64,000 nt of DNA from a virus (Duplodnaviria; Caudoviricetes). Shown one piece after another: positions 26,883 through 34,458 of this stretch (positions within the stretch are counted from its first letter, which is position 1; each line of letters begins with the position of its first letter). A model generated the notes under the pieces. The model did not search any database. It saw only the letters and a program-made list of their open reading frames with translations, and was not told the origin of the DNA. The DNA lies in the IMG/VR virus record IMGVR_UViG_3300037067_011169, positions 23,302 through 87,301 of that record; one strand, written 5' to 3'. Position numbers and translations under genes: made by a program.

Positions 26883-27499
26883 CGACTGTCTATCCAAGCA
26901 TGGTCCATTTGAATGGTAATGTGTTGGCTTCAATCGACTTGGAGACAACCGGGTTGAAGGCTGGTTATCACGAGCCGATTCAGTTGGCGGTGGTGCCGCT
27001 TGATTCCGATCTTTACCCACTCGAAGGGGTCCGGCCTTTTGTGACCTACATCAAGCCGGAGTATCCTGAAAGGCAGGACCCATCAGCGGGGCATATCCAT
27101 AACATCCCGATCGAAGACCTGGTGCTTCATGCGCCAGATGCAGGCAAGGTACAGGACCTGTTCGTGGAATGGTGGGAGAAACTCGATCTGCCATTCGGCA
27201 AGAGATTAGTGCCGTTGGCTCACAATTGGGCCTTTGAAGCCCGTTTCCTGCACGACTGGCTGGGTGTTGATCTGACCGAGAAACTATTCTACGGGCACGC
27301 AAGAGACGCCATGCTTTATGCGCTCAACCTGAATGATAAGGCAGCCTTCATGGGCATACCGGCTCCGTTCCCACAAGTCGGCCTCAATTCCATCTGCAAG
27401 AAGTTCAACATCATCAATGAGAATCCGCACGACGCATACTCGGATGCGATGGCGGAAGCCGAATGCTATCGAGCGATGTTGATGATGGACCTGATCTAA
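26879..27499 (+). CDS. DEDDh 3'-5' exonuclease (DnaQ-like)
   Basis: IDLETTG, AHNWAFE, HDAYSD. Confidence 0.9.
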   Translation: MTTVYPSMVHLNGNVLASIDLETTGLKAGYHEPIQLAVVPLDSDLYPLEGVRPFVTYIKPEYPERQDPSAGHIHNIPIEDLVLHAPDAGKVQDLFVEWWEKLDLPFGKRLVPLAHNWAFEARFLHDWLGVDLTEKLFYGHARDAMLYALNLNDKAAFMGIPAPFPQVGLNSICKKFNIINENPHDAYSDAMAEAECYRAMLMMDLI

Positions 27500-27501
27500 T
27501 T

Positions 27502-27531
27502 TCATCTGACCTCATCTGACCTCATCTGACC
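27502..27531. repeat. Tandem repeat TCATCTGACC x3
   Basis: Exact 10-bp unit after the exonuclease stop. Confidence 0.9.
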
Positions 27532-27549
27532 CTACCTGATTCGACGAAG

Positions 27550-27581
27550 AAGGCCCGCTGGTGTGAACCGGCGGGCCTTTT
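27550..27581. terminator. Probably bidirectional intrinsic terminator between convergent operons
   Basis: AAGGCCCGCTGGT-GTGA-ACCGGCGGGCCTT followed by TT. Confidence 0.85.
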
Positions 27582-27597
27582 GCATTCCGTTGCGGGC

Positions 27598-27792
27598 CTA
27601 TCTGCCTCTACGGGAAAACCCTTTTAGCGTCCTTGCCAAAGAGATTTGCCGTTTCGTGGTAGTCGAGATGTTGGAAGGTGGGTTCGCCATGTAGGCGGAT
27701 ACAGACATCCCAGCCACTTTCGCTTTTCGCGTCAAGGCACCGGGATTCTCGATTGCTTCAGCGATCCACTTCTTTTTCTTCCTCTTTGCCAT
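27598..27792 (-). CDS. Small very basic protein (64 aa)
   Basis: MAKRKKKKWIAEAIENPGAL..LARTLKGF; TAATG overlap. Confidence 0.75.
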   Translation of the reverse strand: MAKRKKKKWIAEAIENPGALTRKAKVAGMSVSAYMANPPSNISTTTKRQISLARTLKGFSRRGR

Positions 27793-28175
27793 TACCATAA
27801 TCCTCTTGGACAATGTTCCGTCGCCATCCTGATCTTGTTCCTAATCGCCCAGCCTGTTTTGGCGACACGGCAACCACAAGCTCTGCAATTGTTCTTTGGA
27901 CCTCGCCATTCACATGACCCACAACATGAGTCATAGATGTGATCCACTTCCCTATCTGGTCTAATAGGACATCCAACGCGGCCCCACCTTATGAGCGCCT
28001 CGGCATAGGTATGACCACGCTCTCCCAAATCCGGCGTTGTCCCCTTGCAGTATTCGCACGCCCTCGGCATAACCCGCTTTTGATAGGCAGGAGTTCCTTG
28101 GAAGAGGCACACTCGATGGATTGTCTTCCCGGTGGTCGTCTTGCTGTCAAAAGCATAGGAGCATGGAGGAAACAT
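27792..28175 (-). CDS. Cys-rich hypothetical protein
   Basis: CCGSC..CRACGC..KIRMATEHCP; TAATG overlaps. Confidence 0.7.
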   Translation of the reverse strand: MFPPCSYAFDSKTTTGKTIHRVCLFQGTPAYQKRVMPRACEYCKGTTPDLGERGHTYAEALIRWGRVGCPIRPDREVDHIYDSCCGSCEWRGPKNNCRACGCRVAKTGWAIRNKIRMATEHCPRGLW

Positions 28176-28918
28176 TAGCAACACGCCGCTGTAGACGACT
28201 CCCATGTTTGCACTCTCGCTTCCGAAACAATCGAGGGAGTCGTGCCGATGTCTGTCGTAATGGAAGTCGTGTAAGTTCCTACCGGGGCTGGGGCCTCGAC
28301 GATTCCATCACAATCAAAAGTTAAGTCTCCCATAGAGGAAGTCTTATCAACCTGATAAGGCAATCCTTCGATCGTATAGGAGAACCTCGCCTGCAACTCA
28401 GAATCAAGGGTGTAGCCCTGAACACCAGCAAAACCGAACTCCTCCCCTTCGCATTCAGCGAAGGACCAATTGGCTGTGTACTTCCAGAAATCATAGCCAG
28501 CAAACGTATGGTCATAAACGAACGTAGAGCTAAACTGATGTGGAGCATACGCAGCCGTTCCATCCAAGTCTATCACGTCCTGTGCCATTGCTTCCGTGCA
28601 TTTACATTCATAGTTGGCGCGAACTAGATTGAACTCATCCATGATGTCCTGCTTCCATTTGACCAGGTCAACAGGAAACTCTAGCGTTGCCCAAAAATGA
28701 TCGACCTCGGCTTTCCACCTGGTAAACAGGGTCTCCAACACAGTCACCTTCTTGGTGATATAGAGGAGATACTCTCTCAGAAACAATACATCCATCTTGG
28801 ACCATTTATGTTTTTCACCTACTGGTTCAGTATCCCCGTACCATGAGCAATCTGTCCTTGCATCATTGAAGAATTGAAGCAGGTCGTTCCAATCTGCGCG
28901 TGTCAAAACATTAGCCAT
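28175..28918 (-). CDS. Hypothetical virion-operon protein
   Basis: 247-aa ORF in the operon. Confidence 0.65.
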   Translation of the reverse strand: MANVLTRADWNDLLQFFNDARTDCSWYGDTEPVGEKHKWSKMDVLFLREYLLYITKKVTVLETLFTRWKAEVDHFWATLEFPVDLVKWKQDIMDEFNLVRANYECKCTEAMAQDVIDLDGTAAYAPHQFSSTFVYDHTFAGYDFWKYTANWSFAECEGEEFGFAGVQGYTLDSELQARFSYTIEGLPYQVDKTSSMGDLTFDCDGIVEAPAPVGTYTTSITTDIGTTPSIVSEARVQTWESSTAACC

Positions 28919-28946
28919 GAAATCACCCAGGGATGCTTAGGGATGC

Positions 28947-29522
28947 CTAGTTGTAGAACTGTGAGGTAGACAACCCCTGACGATCACTCGCAGAAGTCAG
29001 AAGCCGAATCACCTTCGTTGGAGCGAAGTCCACCAGCTTGCACCGGGAGATATAGACGCCATACTGGCGCAACTCCCGACGAACTTCCTTCGTACACATG
29101 TGAGCGAGGCTTCCATTGGCTTGGGCCGCGAGAATCTCTTCGCACGTATGCGTCACGATCACCCGGGCTACGGCTGCCTGAGTCAGATCGTTGATCGTTG
29201 TATCAACGTCCCAATTGTTACGGCCGATGGCTCGCTCGACATCAGGAATACGGTAGACAACGAGCGTTTTGAACCCGACCGTCTTCCAATCCTTGGTAAT
29301 CATGTACTGGTCGGGAATGCTCAGCGTTTGCCGGGCAGTAACGATGACCTCAACATCGGTCGTCAGTGGCCAGTAGACATGGAGGCCCGGTTGAAGAGCC
29401 ACCACCCTTTTTCCACGAACCCATTTGACACCACCGTGAGTAGCACGGACGATGAGAATACGTGGAAAGAACTGATAGATGGCCTGAAAGATTTGATTGA
29501 GCCATGCAAATGCGCTTTCCAC
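28947..29522 (-). CDS. SPFH/band-7 domain protein
   Basis: IVRATHGGVKWVRG, LQPGLHVYWP, RQTLSIPDQYMITKD, VVYRI. Confidence 0.85.
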   Translation of the reverse strand: MESAFAWLNQIFQAIYQFFPRILIVRATHGGVKWVRGKRVVALQPGLHVYWPLTTDVEVIVTARQTLSIPDQYMITKDWKTVGFKTLVVYRIPDVERAIGRNNWDVDTTINDLTQAAVARVIVTHTCEEILAAQANGSLAHMCTKEVRRELRQYGVYISRCKLVDFAPTKVIRLLTSASDRQGLSTSQFYN

Positions 29523-29531
29523 AAATTGCTC

Positions 29532-32135
29532 CTAGACTAAATCCTGAAGGAACGCTGTACCAGCCCCGTATTTCAGTGTCTCGGCGTCATACTCAAAATC
29601 GAAGGCAGCGTCATTCGTGCCATCACTCAAGATCGCATCCGTAGACATCTGGAGCTTCGCATTCTTTATCTGCTTGAAGAATGTTGCCAACGTCGCTTCC
29701 TCACCAGTTGTAGAGTCCTTGATGACCGTGTTCCTGATATCAATGACGCTCATTGCCGGAACTGTAGCTGTCCCAGGCTCATACGGATGTTTCTGGTAGG
29801 CAGGAGTCTGGTTAGTCGGCTTCGTATTATCGAAAGTATTCTTGTCGGCTAACTTGGGCAGGGGCGGAGCCGTGTCCCCAGCATCAGACGGATGAGGATC
29901 ACCGTAGTCCTGGTGGCTACGATATCCGGGAAGGATTTCCGTTATGGTTCCCGAAGCCAAGTCACCATCAGCATCAGAACCAACACCATCGCCACCAGCG
30001 TTTCCTGCCGCTTCCTCTTGGACTGTTGGAAATAGGAGGCTCTGAGACACGTCTGCCGGCCAAGCAAAGTTGTAAGGCACCATTGTGCCAGCTTTGATCG
30101 GAGTCCATATCTCAAACTGAATCTCATGACTCTCCGAATCATAGTTCGCCTGTTCGATAATGCCTGTGCAAGCGGCCGTCGAAACGTAGGTCTCGGTAAA
30201 ATCAAGCGTCACCGGATCAAGAGTTTCCAGTTGGAGCTTGTGGAGGAAGGTCTTGAATCGCATCTTCTTCCAGGTATTCGCCATTCGGATGAGCCAAAAA
30301 GTAGCACTCTTGATGACCAAATCCTGAGAATTATAGATGTAGTATTCCTCGGTTTCTTCCTGTGTGCCATACTTGTTGACGTTGTGTTTCAGGATGACTT
30401 TATTTGGCTCATCAGCCGCATAACTCTCCCTCCACTCGGCCACGAGTTTCGTAACCAGGTCCTCAGTATCCGTGTGGAACACCTCCATGGACTTAGGAAC
30501 GATGTCCGTTTGGCTGATCGTGAGCGTAGGCGTTGGCTCTTCGGGAAGATACCGAAGAAAGAACGTATCCCCGTTGAGCCAAATGGCACAACGAGACTGA
30601 TGGGCGATCTCTTCGAGGACCTCAACGATGTTTCGGCGATCCATGATGGCAAAATTGGCAGGATAGTCCGTCAGATGAGCCTTGACATGGGCAAAACTTG
30701 TGTTGTCAGTGGCCATCTCAGGCAAATAGAGTCCAATGAGATACTCCAGGATATCAACGACATTTGGACCAATCTCGGACTCAAACGTGACGTAAAGATC
30801 ATCATCCCACCCCTCATCCTCATAGCTCGAAAGAGGCTTGTCCAATCTGAGCATGACCGCTTCGATGCTGCCGTATGTCTCAGTCCGAATCGTGTAGTAG
30901 TCCGCCGGCACCGTCATCAGTTGTTTGATGCCCTCAAAAGCACGTTTCGCTTTGACATTCAAGACGGTTCCAGGCACCATTGAAACAACGTGATCCACGG
31001 GCTCATCCTCAGCGAGGCGAACCTGCGTGCCGGCCCCTGCCGTGAAGAAACTAGCGCTATCTCCAGTCACCTCTTCCCTATATCCATACAGTTCCCGTGG
31101 TCCCTCCGTTGGGTATCGAATAGCAATGACCAAGTCGATATGTGGCGTGTTGGTCATGCCATAGTCAGGATGCTGCCGGGAGACAATGTGAAAGCTAGTT
31201 ATCTCTTCGTCTTCTTCATTCTCGCTAGTCTCAAAGTAGCCAGTAAATAGGCCACCATCAATGTTAAGCGTCAGTTCTGTATCTTGCGGGAATTTCTCCC
31301 CACCCACAACAATGACCGTAGGCAACTCCTGAGCAAGTTGATCGTCCAACTCGGCTTGAAGCTCAATGGACTCCAGCATCAACTCGCCTGTCCGCTGCCC
31401 TGCTTCTGCCTCACGCTGATAGTAATCAGTGGCCGCATTGGTATCACCGTTCTCTTCTGCATACTCAGCCAAGTCTCGGAAGATGTTGGAAATGATGAGA
31501 GAGTATAGACGCTGGACCGCAAGAACATCCAGTTGCATCTCGATAGTAAAATCGTGGATGGAGACAGCGCTGGTCGTAATGCCCGTTAAGGGATCAGCGA
31601 AAGAAACAGCCGGCACATCGAGAGCCGTTCCGAAGATCATTGGCCAAGGCGTTCCGACGAGTTTCTCGGGAATCGTATCGAACGCGCCTTCCTCTGCCGA
31701 GAAACCGATTTCTCGGTCTTCCAATTTCGAGACGATCGTGAAGGATACAGTTCGATCGCCCTCATTCCAGGTAATCGGACTGGAGATCAGCCCCTGGAAC
31801 ACGAGGAACTTCTCCGTCAAGGCGAGCCCGTCAAACCACTGGTAAACCCGACAAGGCCGCTTATGGATATCATGAGTGTCCAGAATCGCCTTGATCGACC
31901 CATCAGTGTCATCGAGCACCACATCGAGACTTTGACTCTGGCCGCTCCCAGAGACATTGATAACGTCGTCCAACTCGCCGATACTCTGAATCTTGCCGGC
32001 GATTCCGGTGATGGTCCTATCCGCATAGGGCGCATAACTTCCGCCGGAAACCCACTGAATCTCTATGATGTTGATGGGTTCCGTTGCTAGACGGGTTGCC
32101 AACTTGGCCAATGAAGCGGCTGAAATGGTTCTCAC
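29532..32135 (-). CDS. Tail tip/baseplate hub protein
   Basis: Large protein after the distal-tail-like gene; PWPMIFG and late-control-like segments. Confidence 0.7.
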   Translation of the reverse strand: MRTISAASLAKLATRLATEPINIIEIQWVSGGSYAPYADRTITGIAGKIQSIGELDDVINVSGSGQSQSLDVVLDDTDGSIKAILDTHDIHKRPCRVYQWFDGLALTEKFLVFQGLISSPITWNEGDRTVSFTIVSKLEDREIGFSAEEGAFDTIPEKLVGTPWPMIFGTALDVPAVSFADPLTGITTSAVSIHDFTIEMQLDVLAVQRLYSLIISNIFRDLAEYAEENGDTNAATDYYQREAEAGQRTGELMLESIELQAELDDQLAQELPTVIVVGGEKFPQDTELTLNIDGGLFTGYFETSENEEDEEITSFHIVSRQHPDYGMTNTPHIDLVIAIRYPTEGPRELYGYREEVTGDSASFFTAGAGTQVRLAEDEPVDHVVSMVPGTVLNVKAKRAFEGIKQLMTVPADYYTIRTETYGSIEAVMLRLDKPLSSYEDEGWDDDLYVTFESEIGPNVVDILEYLIGLYLPEMATDNTSFAHVKAHLTDYPANFAIMDRRNIVEVLEEIAHQSRCAIWLNGDTFFLRYLPEEPTPTLTISQTDIVPKSMEVFHTDTEDLVTKLVAEWRESYAADEPNKVILKHNVNKYGTQEETEEYYIYNSQDLVIKSATFWLIRMANTWKKMRFKTFLHKLQLETLDPVTLDFTETYVSTAACTGIIEQANYDSESHEIQFEIWTPIKAGTMVPYNFAWPADVSQSLLFPTVQEEAAGNAGGDGVGSDADGDLASGTITEILPGYRSHQDYGDPHPSDAGDTAPPLPKLADKNTFDNTKPTNQTPAYQKHPYEPGTATVPAMSVIDIRNTVIKDSTTGEEATLATFFKQIKNAKLQMSTDAILSDGTNDAAFDFEYDAETLKYGAGTAFLQDLV

Positions 32136-32560
32136 AGTTGCTCGACTCCCTCAAACTCGATAGTAATCGAATAATCTTCACCCCGAGGCATTGGGTCGAT
32201 GGCTGGTGCCGCTCGACGATCGCCCTTGAATTCAAACGGGTTGCTAACGAAGTGACCGACCCAGATGCGACCCGTGTGATCCGTCACCTGAATCTGTGAA
32301 GCGAAATAGGACTGAATGAAGGCTCTCATTTCAAGCGCCTTGTTCCTGGTCAACGTGAACGTCCAGGAAAGCGCATGACGGCCCTTACGCTTGATGTAAG
32401 TGTAAAGCGTTCCGTCCATTGCCCGTTTGATGGATAGATCAACAGCCAAACTCTCACTATCACCGAAATCAGGATTCGGGAACAGCGAGGTGGTTTGAAG
32501 AGCAGGATAGGGAGCCTGAAACGTGAACATAACTAACCTATTTGAGGTTGCCACCACCAA
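32132..32560 (-). CDS. Distal tail (Dit)-like protein
   Basis: KRAMDGTLYTY..LSWTF pattern, position in the tail module. Confidence 0.6.
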   Translation of the reverse strand: MVVATSNRLVMFTFQAPYPALQTTSLFPNPDFGDSESLAVDLSIKRAMDGTLYTYIKRKGRHALSWTFTLTRNKALEMRAFIQSYFASQIQVTDHTGRIWVGHFVSNPFEFKGDRRAAPAIDPMPRGEDYSITIEFEGVEQL

Positions 32561-32566
32561 GTAGCA

Positions 32567-33946
32567 TTACGGCGTAGAACGAAGAATCTTCCCGGTATCA
32601 GCAGTGCCGACCACTGCTACCCCATTGCTGAGATAAGCCATGGAAAAAATATAGGTTTGACTAGCTTGCTGACCTAAATCAGACCAAGTAAGCCCATAGT
32701 CCACCGAACGAAAAATCTTGCCTGTGGGTCGTGTGCCGGCAAGGACCACACCATTCCCCATATACGTAAGACTATAAATGTGCGTTTCACTGGCTTGCTG
32801 TCCAAGATCAGACCACGTCACCCCGTAGTCAACAGAGCGAAGGATTTTACCACCGCTCGCTGTCCCAGCAAGCGCAATGCCATTACCTAGATACACAAGA
32901 CTCGGGATCGTGCCTTGGCTGAATTGTTGCCCAAGGTCGGACCAATTCGCTCCATAATTGGTGGAACGGAGAATCTTGCCATCGGGATACGTTCCAGCGA
33001 GCGCGACTCCATTGCCTAAGTAAGCCAAACTGAAGATGTATGTCTGACTAAACTGCGTCCCCAGATCGGTCCATGAAGAGCCGCTATTTGTTGATCGAAG
33101 AATCTTGCCGCTTGTTGCAGTGCCTGCAAGAGCAATACCATTCCCAAGATTCGCAAGACTAAGGATATAGGTTTCGCTGGCCTGCTGCCCCAAGTCAGAC
33201 CAGGAAGCCCCGCTGTTCGTTGAGCGGAGGATTTTTCCGCCCGTTGCAGTCCCCGCGATCGCTATTCCACTACCGAGATAGGCCAGGCTGTACATGTGAG
33301 TCTGACTGGCCTGTTGCCCCAGATCGGTCCATGTGGCCCCATAATTCGTCGATCTTAAAATTCTTCCGCCCGTCGCTGTTCCGGCGAGTGCAATTCCACT
33401 GTCAACATAAGCCAAAGAGAGGATGGAAGTCTGTGTTCCTTGCTGGCCCAGATCGGCAAACACCCGCCCGGCATCCTCCATGACTCCCATGCGATAGGCT
33501 GCATAGTCGTGAGTCAGACACTCCGAATCGACGTTGCCGATTAGTGATGAATCTGGTGTCAATTCAAAATTCGTGCCATCAAAAGTGAGACAATCCGTCC
33601 CAGCCAACTCTCCGTCAGAATTGACAAAGACCATGTACGTCGATGTGAGGTCAACCCCCATCGGCATCCATGCTGGATCATCACCACCAAATGGATCATC
33701 CATGATTCGCAAGGCATACCCTGGCAAATCCACACCAGCTTCAATATCAGGCACTGTGCTCACTGGCCCCCAGCTAGGTTCACCGGTTGTGGTGTTCCAT
33801 TTTAGGACGGGAGTGCCCGTACCGGCTGGGATTGGCGGCACATAGTCCAAGTTTGGAAGCGCATACTCTCCCACCAACAGACTATCGTCTGCCTGCAATT
33901 GTTCAATCTTGCCGTTCGCCATGACGAGGGGAAGACGATTCGCCAT
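32567..33946 (-). CDS. Tail-associated beta-propeller protein with BNR/Asp-box repeats (putative receptor binding)
   Basis: Seven ~43-aa repeats with ILRS(T/V)(N/D)(Y/S)GxxWxDLG. Confidence 0.8.
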   Translation of the reverse strand: MANRLPLVMANGKIEQLQADDSLLVGEYALPNLDYVPPIPAGTGTPVLKWNTTTGEPSWGPVSTVPDIEAGVDLPGYALRIMDDPFGGDDPAWMPMGVDLTSTYMVFVNSDGELAGTDCLTFDGTNFELTPDSSLIGNVDSECLTHDYAAYRMGVMEDAGRVFADLGQQGTQTSILSLAYVDSGIALAGTATGGRILRSTNYGATWTDLGQQASQTHMYSLAYLGSGIAIAGTATGGKILRSTNSGASWSDLGQQASETYILSLANLGNGIALAGTATSGKILRSTNSGSSWTDLGTQFSQTYIFSLAYLGNGVALAGTYPDGKILRSTNYGANWSDLGQQFSQGTIPSLVYLGNGIALAGTASGGKILRSVDYGVTWSDLGQQASETHIYSLTYMGNGVVLAGTRPTGKIFRSVDYGLTWSDLGQQASQTYIFSMAYLSNGVAVVGTADTGKILRSTP

Positions 33947-33963
33947 TGTAAGCCCTTAGAACG

Positions 33964-34446
33964 TCAGAGGAGAATGGGGATGGAAACAGTAATATCAAAA
34001 TCCGTCGTACTAAGAGCCAAACCGACTCGAACCACATAGTCAGCGGCAGTAGTCGGGGCCGTGGATGTCAAATGTCCAGCAGCATCAGGATCAAGGTAGT
34101 AAACGCTTCCGGCCGTCAATCCGCCTGTACCGCCAGTAACAGCATCCCACTGGACCGTGGTGGCTGTCAGAATGCCGTCCGTCTGAATCGTGCCAGAAGC
34201 AGCAGCAGCAATAGAGGTAGACTTCACGAGGCCCAGAAGTTCAACGGTGGACGACGCATTTGCTTGCGCCAGATCAACGCTGCCAGCAGCCTCCACATAG
34301 ACGGCTTGACCAATGGTAATGCTACTGGCATTTCCGTTCGTCATACTAATACTGTCAATTTCACTGACAGTCGCATCCAAACTGTCACCAGCCTGCAACT
34401 GTTGAATTTGACCACTAACAATAACAAGAGGTTTGCGCAAAGCCAT
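33964..34446 (-). CDS. Small virion protein (DUF2190/capsid-cement-like fold)
   Basis: IGQAVYV..A.A..GL..G.L pattern; paralog of the C-terminus of 34459-37077. Confidence 0.6.
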   Translation of the reverse strand: MALRKPLVIVSGQIQQLQAGDSLDATVSEIDSISMTNGNASSITIGQAVYVEAAGSVDLAQANASSTVELLGLVKSTSIAAAASGTIQTDGILTATTVQWDAVTGGTGGLTAGSVYYLDPDAAGHLTSTAPTTAADYVVRVGLALSTTDFDITVSIPILL

Positions 34447-34458
34447 TTGTGTTTCTCC

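Noticed and set aside
27502-27531. Short repeats as a possible CRISPR array
   Set aside because: Units are contiguous with no spacers; no cas genes or 23-47-bp spaced repeats were seen anywhere
27758-27976. 72-aa ORF and similar alternate-frame minus-strand ORFs
   Set aside because: They are nested in better-supported genes that have coupled stop/start junctions
32567-33946. Propeller repeats as a diversity-generating retroelement target
   Set aside because: No reverse transcriptase in the window, and repeat differences are not adenine-specific
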